Shown here one piece after another: positions 49,927 through 59,704 of a stretch of 64,000 nt of DNA. Under the pieces are notes generated by a model that ran no database searches, was not told where the DNA came from, and saw nothing but the letters and a program-made list of their open reading frames with translations. Origin of the DNA: Candidatus Abzuiibacterium crystallinum (GTDB lineage Bacteria; Omnitrophota; Omnitrophia; Omnitrophales; Abzuiibacteriaceae); assembly GCA_002787155.1 (NCBI GenBank), contig PCVY01000068.1, positions 2,426 to 66,425 of the forward strand, given 5' to 3'. Position 1 is the stretch's first letter. Every line of letters begins with the position of its first letter. The translations under genes were made by a program, and so were the position numbers.

Positions 49927-51582
49927 ATGACTCATCCAACAAAAACTAAAACTCAATTATCAGGTTGGTTTTTTATCGTTTGGCTGATAAGCGTCAGCGT
50001 GCTCTATGGCGTGACTTTTTCCAAACTTCCGACCAGTGATGGCTATGCATGGGTCCAGCAAATTAATCAGCATGAGTGGGAAAAAATATTTTTACCTAAC
50101 CATTTGCTTGCCGAATTTCTAATAGTTTTATTGAAGTCATCTTTCGTTTCATTCGGGTTTCTACACATTGACACGCTTCATGTAATTCAAGGATTTAATA
50201 TTCTTTTAAGCGTGATAGCAATTTGTCTTTTTATTCGAATTGGTTCTTACTTAACTAAAGATAAAACCATTTTAATGCTGGGGACCGTTTGGTGGTCAAT
50301 CACTTACAGTTTATGGTACTTTGCCAACGGAGAGATTCATCACCAGGGCCTTGTGCTCATCATGGCTGCTTTTTTGTTGGGTATGCAATACCACGAAAAG
50401 CCAAGCGAAAAACTTATTGGCGGGATAACCTGTACGTGTGTTCTTGCCAATCTTATGCACCAAGAACATATCTTGATGATTGTTCCAGTTTTATATCTTT
50501 TGCTGACAACACCAAAATTGACGGAAAAGGTTAAAGCGCGACATGCCGGCATATACCTCATCGGTGTAATGGTACTCACCGGCTTGGCTTATGGGATTGT
50601 GTATGAGTCGATTTATGCAACGAGAGAATCTAATTTTATTCAATGGGCGTTAACTTTCTTATATAACGGACAGGGCGGCCATCCTATGTTAAGTGCGCAA
50701 AATTGGCCCTGGTTGAGATTGATCAAAGGGACGTTGATGAGCGTTAATTATGGCGCACAAGTTTTGGTCGATGCCATACGTTACCCGTTTATTAGGACAT
50801 TACCGTACGTAGGTTGGTATCTCATGGGGACCATCATCACAATCACGGCATTGTTTTGTTTATCGTTATTGGCCATGATGGGATCGAAAAAACTGCCTCG
50901 CTCTAAGCAGATTCTTTTCGCCGGCACCTTGGTGTGGTTGATGGTTTATAAAATAATCGTTAATTTGCGCCTTGCTCCTGAAGCACCCGAATACCATTTG
51001 GTTTCAACAGCGCCTTGGTTGCTTTTGTTACTTGCCGGGGTTGAAGTCCGCCGATGGCGCCGGTTGGTTCTAACCATGTTCTTTTGCGGGGCTTTATCAA
51101 CTCTCAGTGTTAATTTAAAAGCGTCGATATTACCTTGGAAGACTTATGGGGAACATGTACAGTCTTACCGTGAATTTGCACAATTTTATTTTAGAAAACA
51201 CGATTTCTTTGTTTCTACGGAATCAAGCTTGGACATGATTTTCCGCCCTCGGTGGCGGTATTTTTCGATTAAAGATGAATTCAAAAAACTGCCAAGAGAA
51301 GAAGCGTGGCAAAAATTGTTATACACGATTGAAAAGGAACTAAGCGAAAAACATCGTGTTTTCGTATACAATTTTATCCCGTCACCCTATGCGCTGCGGG
51401 CAATCAATTTCTATAATTCAAGTGAAACGATGGGCCAAGATGATTTCAAGAAAATGTTTGAGCAGCTTCATACTCAATATGATTTAGTAGCAGTTTATGA
51501 GTATCGCGAATCAACCGAAGCAGAACATTACTTTATTGATCAAACAAAAGAAGAAATATGGCAAATCAGAAGAAAGAATTAA
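49927..51582 (+). CDS. large polytopic membrane protein of unknown family (candidate GT-C glycosyltransferase or polymerase)
   Basis: 551 aa, at least 10 hydrophobic helices in the first ~420 aa, soluble C-terminal ~130 aa. Immediately follows the DPM1-like GT2. No recognisable motif. Confidence 0.35.
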   Translation: MTHPTKTKTQLSGWFFIVWLISVSVLYGVTFSKLPTSDGYAWVQQINQHEWEKIFLPNHLLAEFLIVLLKSSFVSFGFLHIDTLHVIQGFNILLSVIAICLFIRIGSYLTKDKTILMLGTVWWSITYSLWYFANGEIHHQGLVLIMAAFLLGMQYHEKPSEKLIGGITCTCVLANLMHQEHILMIVPVLYLLLTTPKLTEKVKARHAGIYLIGVMVLTGLAYGIVYESIYATRESNFIQWALTFLYNGQGGHPMLSAQNWPWLRLIKGTLMSVNYGAQVLVDAIRYPFIRTLPYVGWYLMGTIITITALFCLSLLAMMGSKKLPRSKQILFAGTLVWLMVYKIIVNLRLAPEAPEYHLVSTAPWLLLLLAGVEVRRWRRLVLTMFFCGALSTLSVNLKASILPWKTYGEHVQSYREFAQFYFRKHDFFVSTESSLDMIFRPRWRYFSIKDEFKKLPREEAWQKLLYTIEKELSEKHRVFVYNFIPSPYALRAINFYNSSETMGQDDFKKMFEQLHTQYDLVAVYEYRESTEAEHYFIDQTKEEIWQIRRKN

Positions 51583-52697
51583 TTTTAGGAATTTTTCCTT
51601 CCTTGGGTGGGAGCATCCAATCCCAGCAACGCGATCGCAGGGAGGGATTGTTTCTCAATTATTATCTTCCGAAATATTTGAAGAATTTTGGCCAAGTTTT
51701 CTATTTCTCGTACGCCCATGAACAGCCTAAATTGCCCGAGGGAGTTGTTCTGCTTCCTAATCGCTTAAGGCTTCATCGCTACCTGTATGGACTGCTTATG
51801 CCTCTTTTTTATTTTTACCGCCTAAGAAAATGTCAGGTAATCCGTGTCATGCATTTAAATGGCGCTTTATCGGCGTATATGGCAAAGAAATTATATGGCA
51901 TTCCTTACGTGGTTACTTACGGATATAACTATGTTAATTTTGCAGTCATACAAGGACACCATTTACGCGCATGTTTGCTTAAAAAATTTATTCCTTTTTT
52001 ATTACAACGAGCTGATCGCGTTATTGTCACGACTGAAGAGCTTGCTCAGGAAGTAAAAGGTTGGATCGGCAAAACCAACAAGGTAGATTTGGTGCCTAAT
52101 GGCGTTGACACGACTTTCTTTAAGCCTAAAAAACAAAAAATGGAATCGGCAGATTTTAAACTGTTATTTATTGGTCGTTTAGAAAAGCAAAAGAATTTAT
52201 TCTTTATGCTCAATGTCTTAAAAGAATTAAAAAAGCATTGCCAATATCAAATAACAATGATCGGCAATGGGTCACTTTCTGCAAAATTAGAACAGGAAGT
52301 TCACGGGGAGCGCTTACCGGTTCATTTTATTAGCCGCGTGCCTTACGAATCCATTGGTGAGTATCACCAGGCAGCCGATTGCCTTATCTCCACATCTCAT
52401 GCTGAGGGCCATCCAAAAGCATTAATCGAGGCAATGTCATCGGGATTGGCGTGCGTGGTGTCCAATTGTCCGGGTAATTCGAGCCTCATCAAACATGAGG
52501 TGAATGGGTTGTGCTTGGCAATTGATGATCAAGAAAAATGGGTGAATGCATTATTGGCTTTGAGCCATGATTCTGCACGGCGTCAACAGTTAGGTGAACA
52601 GGCAAGAAAAACCATTTTAGAAAAATACGATATTTCAATGACCCTAAAAAAAGAAGTCGAATGTTTGGAATCGTGCTATGGCGCAGTCACTCATTGA
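51558..52697 (+). CDS. glycosyltransferase family 4
   Basis: FIGRLEKQKNLFFML...ISTSHAEGHPKALIEAMSSGLACVVSNCPG GT1 motifs. Confidence 0.75.
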   Translation: MANQKKELILGIFPSLGGSIQSQQRDRREGLFLNYYLPKYLKNFGQVFYFSYAHEQPKLPEGVVLLPNRLRLHRYLYGLLMPLFYFYRLRKCQVIRVMHLNGALSAYMAKKLYGIPYVVTYGYNYVNFAVIQGHHLRACLLKKFIPFLLQRADRVIVTTEELAQEVKGWIGKTNKVDLVPNGVDTTFFKPKKQKMESADFKLLFIGRLEKQKNLFFMLNVLKELKKHCQYQITMIGNGSLSAKLEQEVHGERLPVHFISRVPYESIGEYHQAADCLISTSHAEGHPKALIEAMSSGLACVVSNCPGNSSLIKHEVNGLCLAIDDQEKWVNALLALSHDSARRQQLGEQARKTILEKYDISMTLKKEVECLESCYGAVTH

Positions 52698-54465
52698 AGT
52701 TATCTTAATCATTGCATTAGGAATCGGCGCACAGTGGCTTTCGTGGCGACTCAGACTACCGGCTATCTTGCTTCTAATCATGACGGGTATTGTGGTCGGG
52801 CCAATCATGGGCATTCTTCGCCCTCAATTGCTGTTTGGGCACTTATTTTTTCCAGCGGTTTCGGTGTCGGTTGCTATTATTCTTTACGAAGGAGGCTTGA
52901 GTTTAAAATTTTCTGAACTTAAGAAAATTCAGTCCGTTGTGTGGCGACTCACCACATTCACTGTTTTCTTGACGTGGACGATGATCGCTCTAGCCGCGGT
53001 CTTTTTTCTCGGTTTTTCACTCAATTGGGCTTTATTGCTAGGGGCCATTCTTGTTGTCACGGGTCCAACGGTGATTGGACCTTTGATACGATCGCTTCGC
53101 TTATCGAACAGGATCGGATCGATCCTTAAATGGGAAGCCATGCTCAACGATCCCATCGGTGCTGTTTTGGCCATTTTGGTTTACGAGGCTATTACCATGG
53201 GTGGGTTCCATCAAGCGGCATCACTGACGATTTTAGGCATCATTAAAACGATTTTATTTGGCTCGTTGCTGGGCTCGGTAGGGGCGTGGCTGCTTACGAT
53301 CTCGTTAAAACGTTATTGGATACCCGATTATTTGCAAAGCGCTATTTCGCTTATGCTAGCACTTGTTGTTTTTGGCATTTCAAACATGATTCAGCACGAG
53401 TCGGGGCTGCTGGCAGTGACTTTGATGGGTTTACTCCTTGCCAATCAAAGAACGATTGATGTCGGTCATATCATTTCTTTCAAAGAAAATTTACGGGTTT
53501 TACTGATCTCGAGCTTATTCATTGTTTTAGCTGCTCACTTGGAACTCTCAGTTATTTTTCCGATTGGCTGGCGAGAAGTTCTCTTTATTTTGTTTATCAT
53601 CTTTTTTGTGCGCCCGGTAGCGATTCTATTATCGACCTGGCGAGTTGGTATCTCGGGGCGGGAAAAAACATTTCTTGCGTTTATGGCGCCGCGCGGAATT
53701 GTAGCGGCTGCCGTTAGTTCTGTTTTAGCATTGGAATTAGTCAGCGCAGGTGCGTATGGGGCTGAACGAATTGCGGGACTCACTTTTTTGGTAGTGATTG
53801 TAACCGTTATTTTTTATGGGTTAATAGCACCGTTTTTGGCTCGATATCTTGGGATTGCGAGCCCGAATCCACAAGGCGTCATTATTTTAGGGGCACATAA
53901 GTGGGCTAGAAAAATTGGCGTTGCCATTAAGCAAGAGGGCTTTCCTGTTTTGTTGGTCGATTCTAATCCGGGAAACGTTTTATCAGCACATCAAGATGGT
54001 CTGAATGCTTATTGCGGAGATTTCCTGAGCGATCAAATTATTGACCAGCTCAATTTGGACGGTATCGGACATTTGTTGGCGCTCACCCCTAATGATTCAA
54101 CGAATTCACTGGCTGCACTACATTTTCTTGATTTCTTTGGACGTTCGGAAATATTTCGTTTGCCAGTGATGCAAAAACCAGGGGCCGGCGATCACAATCT
54201 CTCATCAAGAACGTATGGACGTGTTTTGTTTAAATCCGAAGCAACCTACACGAAATTAAATAAATTATTCTTAGAGCAGGGATCCGTGGAAAAAGTGCAG
54301 GTCTTAGATTCATTTAGCCTAGATGACTTTGAAAATACTTATGGAAAGGAGGCGCTGATTCTATTTGTAATTGAAAATAAGACAACTTTAAAAATTGTGA
54401 CCGCAGACCGAGCGCCTCATATTCATTCGAACAGTGAGTTATTAATTTTGCGCTCGAAGAAGTGA
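52678..54465 (+). CDS. monovalent cation:proton antiporter, CPA1 (NhaP-type) with ~200-aa cytoplasmic C-terminal domain
   Basis: Na_H_Exchanger-type TM core (LLIMTGIVVGP..., AMLNDPIGAVLAIL, FMAPRGIVAA) followed by a soluble domain. Confidence 0.8.
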   Translation: MAQSLIEVILIIALGIGAQWLSWRLRLPAILLLIMTGIVVGPIMGILRPQLLFGHLFFPAVSVSVAIILYEGGLSLKFSELKKIQSVVWRLTTFTVFLTWTMIALAAVFFLGFSLNWALLLGAILVVTGPTVIGPLIRSLRLSNRIGSILKWEAMLNDPIGAVLAILVYEAITMGGFHQAASLTILGIIKTILFGSLLGSVGAWLLTISLKRYWIPDYLQSAISLMLALVVFGISNMIQHESGLLAVTLMGLLLANQRTIDVGHIISFKENLRVLLISSLFIVLAAHLELSVIFPIGWREVLFILFIIFFVRPVAILLSTWRVGISGREKTFLAFMAPRGIVAAAVSSVLALELVSAGAYGAERIAGLTFLVVIVTVIFYGLIAPFLARYLGIASPNPQGVIILGAHKWARKIGVAIKQEGFPVLLVDSNPGNVLSAHQDGLNAYCGDFLSDQIIDQLNLDGIGHLLALTPNDSTNSLAALHFLDFFGRSEIFRLPVMQKPGAGDHNLSSRTYGRVLFKSEATYTKLNKLFLEQGSVEKVQVLDSFSLDDFENTYGKEALILFVIENKTTLKIVTADRAPHIHSNSELLILRSKK

Positions 54466-54469
54466 CCTT

Positions 54470-54820
54470 ATGTTTTTAGAGGTGCAGGAGAATCCGAATA
54501 GCAAGGCGCATCCGTTGATGGTGTTTGAAGACTTAGATCAGCCAAAGACGGTTTTCTCTATTTTAATTGAACGTGAAGGAAAAGAAGTGTGGGCTGACGT
54601 TGTTGGCGTGCATGAAGAAGGCATTTTTAAACCCGCCAGGGTGCAAAAAGTAGCAGATTCAGGTGCCGGAGCCGCCCTCTTGGTTTATGGAGGTTTGTGG
54701 GGAATTCGATTTCGGTTGAAAAGTGGTTTAAAACCGTGGAACTTAAAAGAGTCAACGCAGTGGGGAATGCCTTATTTTGTTTGCGCAGACGAGGAAGGAA
54801 TATGCTGCGATGAATATTGA
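54470..54820 (+). CDS. hypothetical protein with Cys-rich C-terminus (FVCADEEGICCDEY)
   Basis: 116-aa ORF 4 nt after the antiporter stop. No family recognised. Confidence 0.3.
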   Translation: MFLEVQENPNSKAHPLMVFEDLDQPKTVFSILIEREGKEVWADVVGVHEEGIFKPARVQKVADSGAGAALLVYGGLWGIRFRLKSGLKPWNLKESTQWGMPYFVCADEEGICCDEY

Positions 54821-55487
54821 TAGGGCTAAATCAAAATTTGAGCACTACGCAGAGACTCACCCGATGGGCGGACCTGTATCAGACTTTGAACGGGAATTTT
54901 ATCAAAAATATCTCCAAGGCTTAAAGGGCAACATCGTGGATATTGGTTGCGGTGATGGGAAATACATCTCTTACTTTCATCAGATTACCGAAAATGCCGG
55001 CATTTATGCTTGTGACATTAGTCTCAAACGCGTGCAACGCGTTAAAGCGCATGGATATGCCGGTTTTGTCGGATCAGCGGAAACTCTACCCCTCCGAAAC
55101 CAATCGGTCGATTGGGTATTTCTAATGCAGGTCTTGGAGCATGTCTCAAATCCTGAATGTGTGATCGCCGAATGCGAGCGCGTTTTGGCTCCGCAAGGGT
55201 GCTGCTTGATACTGGTCCCCAATTATCCTGCGAAACGTATTTATGACTGGATTAATATGGTGCGGCATCAAAAGTGGCACAAATGGCTTGATGACCCCAC
55301 CCATTGCACCAAACTTAATCATCTTCAGTTGCATCGATTGCTTTCGAATCATTTTTCCCGGGTTGACATTTATCCGACTTTCATTTATGGGGAGGGTCGG
55401 CTACGTTTTATTCAAGAATGGAAAACCCGAAGACGAAGTGTCATGTGGGCGGCCCACAAGTTGCTTGCCGTGTGCCGGAGACAATAA
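54777..55487 (+). CDS. class I SAM-dependent methyltransferase
   Basis: Motif I VDIGCGDGKY, ...VFLMQVLEHV. Alternative ATG at 54810 (MNIDR) has a GAGGAAGGA RBS. Confidence 0.7.
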   Translation: MFAQTRKEYAAMNIDRAKSKFEHYAETHPMGGPVSDFEREFYQKYLQGLKGNIVDIGCGDGKYISYFHQITENAGIYACDISLKRVQRVKAHGYAGFVGSAETLPLRNQSVDWVFLMQVLEHVSNPECVIAECERVLAPQGCCLILVPNYPAKRIYDWINMVRHQKWHKWLDDPTHCTKLNHLQLHRLLSNHFSRVDIYPTFIYGEGRLRFIQEWKTRRRSVMWAAHKLLAVCRRQ

Positions 55488-55785
55488 ATGCACGCTAAAA
55501 AATTTGCAATTGTCATGCGACTGTTCGATCTCACGAATTTAAAGTGAAATATTCAAAGCGAGCTTGGTCAGTTCGCTAAACATTATGCACTTTTTTGTTG
55601 GACTTGTTTTCAGCTGTAGATATATGTTTGATAAATAATTAGAATGTAATAAGATGTATCGCTAAATCAACCAACTTCAAAACGGGGAGATTCGGTGAAA
55701 ACCTTAAGAATAGGTATTCTATTTTTACTCTTTGCCCTTAATTGTCAGTCAGCATTCCGACACATTGTATAAAGTTAACTCCTAA

Positions 55786-55950
55786 CACTTTAAAGAAATT
55801 TTTGAAACGCATTTTTTACACGTATCAATTCGCCCCACCCACATTCAGACTGAGGACAAATTGAAGTTCATTCGGAATTGGAAGAGTAGACGCAAATCGG
55901 TCTCTTGGTTTTTTCATAAACTTTTTGCGGTTTGCAAAAACATAAAATGA
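55786..55950 (+). pseudogene. start-less remnant homologous to the last ~55 codons of the upstream methyltransferase gene
   Basis: In-frame translation HFKEIFETHFLHVSIRPTHIQTEDKLKFIRNWKSRRKSVSWFFHKLFAVCKNIK* aligns with MTase C-terminus ...NHFSRVDIYPTFIYGEGRLRFIQEWKTRRRSVMWAAHKLLAVCRRQ*. No start codon, and a stop lies immediately upstream (55783). Confidence 0.6.
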
Positions 55951-57035
55951 AAAAGAAAGCTTTCTTCGTAAAACCCGTGATACGTGCAGGCGCTTTTTAT
56001 TTCAGAATTTCTCAATATATGGATTATCTCAAATCCAAGGGGTGGGATGTGTGCGTACTTTATCCGGCACCTGACGGATCAACAATGCAGGAAAGGCTTG
56101 GGTTTAAACAGACAATTTCAAAAATCTGGTTTCTTTTCTGTCAATTTCCTAAATTTCTTTGGAACATGGCCACGTCGACGGTTGTCTTTGTTTTTCCTTC
56201 GCCAATGATGGGGGTTTACGTTTTATGGGCGAAACTCTTTCGAAAAAAAATTATCATCGAACATATTGTTTCATATATATCGCACCAAGATATTTTCCCA
56301 AAATTTCCAGTATTAGTTGATCAATTTGTTTATCGTTCTGCCCGCTATATTTTAACGCACACGCAAAGTGTGTCGATGGCACTGGAAAAACGCTATCACA
56401 TACCGCATGAAAAAATACTGGTTTCTTACTGCGCCCTTGACCTTGAGCACTTTTCAGCAAAGTACCATAAAGAAAGTGAGGAGATCAAGAAAAAATTAAA
56501 TATTACGGGTCATTATATTGTATTTTATCACGGCCTTCATCACCCCTGGCATGCACTTGATTTGATCTTGGAAGCGGCGGCATTATTAGAAAATACTCAC
56601 CCTCAGATTACATTCTTAATTCTCCCGGAAAAATTGAATTCCAGTCAAAAGAAAAACGTCCTTCAATTAAGTGAGCATGAACATTATTCATGGCAAACTT
56701 TACCTCATTATATTCAAACCGCTGATCTTTGGGTAAGTGGTTTTCGTGTTCATGAAAGGGGCGAGCGTTCGTTCGGCTCTACATTAATTCAAGCGATGGC
56801 AATGGCGCGTCCAATCATCACATCCCCGGGTGGTGAAAAAAATAAATTTTTAATTCATGAAGAAAATGCATTTTTTGTGCCCCCCAATTCATCTGAAGCT
56901 ATAAAAAATAAAATTATCGAATGCTTTAAAAATCCAAATATGGCAAGGCAGGTGGGAATGAACGCTCGGAAGACTGCGGAGAAACATTTTTCAATTGATC
57001 ATTTAGAAAAAATGCTGAAAGAAGCGATTAGGTGA
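55947..57035 (+). CDS. glycosyltransferase family 4
   Basis: C-terminal GT1 motifs (FYHGLHHPWHALDLIL...GFRVHERGERSFGSTLIQAMAMARPIITSPGG). ATG 55947 preferred over the TTG at 55932. Confidence 0.7.
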   Translation: MKKKAFFVKPVIRAGAFYFRISQYMDYLKSKGWDVCVLYPAPDGSTMQERLGFKQTISKIWFLFCQFPKFLWNMATSTVVFVFPSPMMGVYVLWAKLFRKKIIIEHIVSYISHQDIFPKFPVLVDQFVYRSARYILTHTQSVSMALEKRYHIPHEKILVSYCALDLEHFSAKYHKESEEIKKKLNITGHYIVFYHGLHHPWHALDLILEAAALLENTHPQITFLILPEKLNSSQKKNVLQLSEHEHYSWQTLPHYIQTADLWVSGFRVHERGERSFGSTLIQAMAMARPIITSPGGEKNKFLIHEENAFFVPPNSSEAIKNKIIECFKNPNMARQVGMNARKTAEKHFSIDHLEKMLKEAIR

Positions 57036-57105
57036 TGACGTTTGCATTGAATCCATTTTATGGATAGTGCTAAAATGACTCACATAAGTATGAGGAGCAA
57101 ATAAT

Positions 57106-58002
57106 ATGATGTATCATAAAGTTGTAGATTTGATTTTAAGAAAAAAACAAGAAATTCTAATTGGAAAATCTAATGCGTTTTTTAAAAAAGCAAAGCAGGC
57201 AGGTTTTCATCACTTAGAAAAATCAAACAACCCTCGAATATCGATCGAAGAAATTCCTTTTCGTTCAGAAATTGCCAAATTGTTGAGCGTTCAAGAGGAT
57301 TGGCTGATTCAAACCTATTATGAATATTGCTTGGCAAAGGCAAACTTTGAGCCATTATTACCAGCTGTCAGAAGTTCACGCAGGGCAACGGATCACGGCG
57401 GTAAAAGCCTGGATCCGCATGAAGCGTTTGCACTCTGGTGCGTCATCAAGAAATGTAAGGCAAAACGAATATTGGAGCTCGGAACCCGTTTTGGCGTTTC
57501 GGCGCGCTTTTTTAGGGTTGCGCATTTATTTATGTTTGGTTTAGACGATTCAAAAATTTATAGTTGCGATTTGAACCGCGAATATCGATACGTCAATGAT
57601 GATGACTTTGAATTTATTCAGGGTGATGCTAAATTATTATTTCCTGATATTTTAAAGAAAAACAAAATTGATCTTATTTTTAACGATGCTCATCCGTATG
57701 ATTTAACAAAAATAAGCGTTTCAGCTTCGCTTGAGGCGCAATCACCTATCATTACCTTTCACGATGTCGGAAAAAACCATCCGAGGAGTCCTTTTAAGCG
57801 AGAAGCGTACTTTTTGCCTGTAAATGAACGAAACTTGATCAATTTAGCAGAATATGGCCCCTGGGAACGACATGTTATGGCAGAATTTTTTGGGCAGAAC
57901 CTTTTAGATGAGGATTTTTCCGAGACCGATCAGTACAGGGTGCAAATTTTCGACTCTCTTTTTGGTTTAGGTGTCGCGATCAACAAGAAGTATTTGACTT
58001 AA
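57106..58002 (+). CDS. putative sugar O-methyltransferase (CmcI / cephalosporin-hydroxylase-like, Methyltransf_24-type fold)
   Basis: GAGGAG RBS. RILELGTRFGVSARFF resembles motif I of CmcI/rhamnosyl-O-methyltransferase-type proteins. DxxxFxxGD (FIQGDAKLLF) follows. Confidence 0.4.
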   Translation: MMYHKVVDLILRKKQEILIGKSNAFFKKAKQAGFHHLEKSNNPRISIEEIPFRSEIAKLLSVQEDWLIQTYYEYCLAKANFEPLLPAVRSSRRATDHGGKSLDPHEAFALWCVIKKCKAKRILELGTRFGVSARFFRVAHLFMFGLDDSKIYSCDLNREYRYVNDDDFEFIQGDAKLLFPDILKKNKIDLIFNDAHPYDLTKISVSASLEAQSPIITFHDVGKNHPRSPFKREAYFLPVNERNLINLAEYGPWERHVMAEFFGQNLLDEDFSETDQYRVQIFDSLFGLGVAINKKYLT

Positions 58003-58075
58003 AATTGCCTAGTTTATGCGCATTTGAACCAGTGAATACCTCACATAGAAATACAAATCTTTCAAGATCACATAC

Positions 58076-59596
58076 ATGCATAGCCGTCAATCCCTAATTA
58101 TTTTCCTTAGCAACTACGCTAAATCTGGAATAGGTTTTATTACGCTATTTTTTGTCACCCGGTTGATGGGCGCTGAAGCGATTGGTGTGGTCAGTTACCA
58201 TCTTGGTTTTTTGGGCCTTTTTTCAATTTGTCTAGATTTAGGTATTTCAACCACACATATTAAGCATGTATCAGAAAACAGAAATCCAGGGGAGTGCGTT
58301 GGTGCTTATTTGGCAATCAAATTTTCTATGCTTGCCATTTTTTCACTTTTAATTTTTCTTTATTTTGCTTTCATAAATCATAATGCTTTTTCTCACACAG
58401 CGCTCATGAAAGATCCTTCTATTCTAATGATGTTGTTTTCCTACTATGTGCTTGATCATCTTACAGCTATTTTGACCACAACATTTATTGGGAGAGGAGA
58501 ATTTGTAAAGTTATCTGCACCAACTCTGATAGGTCGCATTGTGAAATTAATTACAGTCATACTATTAGGTCTGATGGGGTGGAAAGCAAGAGCGCTGGCA
58601 GTAGCTTATTTGGCAGAGTCTTGCATTTCATGCGCGTATGCCATATTTCTTTTCAAAAAAACAAATATTCCCGTGCATAAACCAAGTCGTCCTATACTCT
58701 TCAGTTATTTTTATTATACAATTCCACTTTTAGTCATTATCCCAGTTTCCACTTTTTCATCTAACATCGTTCCGGTGCTGATTGGGCATTTTTCAAATGT
58801 CGAACAAGTCGGCTTTTATTTTGCCATCCAGAGTCTAATCGCCATTCCCAATGCCATCTCCAGCTCGGCAATGACCGTCTTTTTTCCGAAAATTTCCGCT
58901 GACCACACAAAGAAAAATCATCAACAAATGATTACTTCCATCCGAAAAGTAACACGTTATTTATCAATGGGAATCACACCGATTGCTGTCATCTTTATTA
59001 CCTTAAGCGCATCCATACTCAAGGTTGCTTATGCTTTTGATTCTATGTATGCAAACTTAACGTTTCTTTTTCTCTCTATCACGATGGTGATTATTGCAGT
59101 AACCAGGCCTTATATAAATTTTCAGCTTGGAATAGGAAAGCACCATCGAAACGCCATTATTAATGTGATTTCACTACTCATTATTGTTGCAGGTTGTACA
59201 CTTTTCGTCCCGGAACACTTTTTTTCTTTGCGCACACTTGGCCTTGGTGCTGCTGGAGCAGGATTAGCTCAATTATTGGCGTGGGTTGTTTCAAGTTGTT
59301 TATTTTCATATTTTTCTTTCAAGGAACTTAAAGTTTCCTTTAGCGGGATTCTTGTTAAACATTATCTGGCTGGCCTTGGAATGTTTACAGCTATTTACTT
59401 TTGCAAATCATTTTTCGTCTTTGATAATTTCTTATCGAATTTGATACTAATTATTGCATTGAGCACATTAGGTCTCCTAACCTATGGGTTTTTATTAATC
59501 ATTTTGGGAGAATTAAATCGGGAAGACTACAACTATTTGCAAACACTCTTAAATCCATCCAAATTAAAAAGTGACATTATAAAAGAATTGAAATAA
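58076..59596 (+). CDS. oligosaccharide flippase (Wzx-like, MOP superfamily polysaccharide biosynthesis protein)
   Basis: 506 aa, ~14 TM helices, positively charged short loops. Position inside the polysaccharide locus. Confidence 0.7.
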   Translation: MHSRQSLIIFLSNYAKSGIGFITLFFVTRLMGAEAIGVVSYHLGFLGLFSICLDLGISTTHIKHVSENRNPGECVGAYLAIKFSMLAIFSLLIFLYFAFINHNAFSHTALMKDPSILMMLFSYYVLDHLTAILTTTFIGRGEFVKLSAPTLIGRIVKLITVILLGLMGWKARALAVAYLAESCISCAYAIFLFKKTNIPVHKPSRPILFSYFYYTIPLLVIIPVSTFSSNIVPVLIGHFSNVEQVGFYFAIQSLIAIPNAISSSAMTVFFPKISADHTKKNHQQMITSIRKVTRYLSMGITPIAVIFITLSASILKVAYAFDSMYANLTFLFLSITMVIIAVTRPYINFQLGIGKHHRNAIINVISLLIIVAGCTLFVPEHFFSLRTLGLGAAGAGLAQLLAWVVSSCLFSYFSFKELKVSFSGILVKHYLAGLGMFTAIYFCKSFFVFDNFLSNLILIIALSTLGLLTYGFLLIILGELNREDYNYLQTLLNPSKLKSDIIKELK

Positions 59597-59704
59597 TTAC
59601 TTTGATCAAAGAATAAAATGCAATACTCAAACCGCACGCGGTTTTAGGAGACTGGCGGTTAGTGCTTGCGTGTGCTAATCTGTTTTTGATACAGGATTAA
59701 TCAT

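Noticed and set aside
55490-55525. Sigma-54-like element ATGCACG...TTTGCA upstream of the GT4 gene
   Set aside because: The GG/GC spacing is ~10 nt instead of the required 5-nt spacer (TGGCAC-N5-TTGC), and the -24 GG is incomplete. Not a credible RpoN promoter.
59620-59690. Hairpins after the Wzx gene (AAACCGCACGCGGTTT and TTAGTGCTTGCGTGTGCTAA...TTTTT)
   Set aside because: Stems are short or imperfect (a mismatch in the second, a 2-3-nt loop in the first), so a terminator call is not well supported. The downstream neuA-like gene may be co-transcribed.
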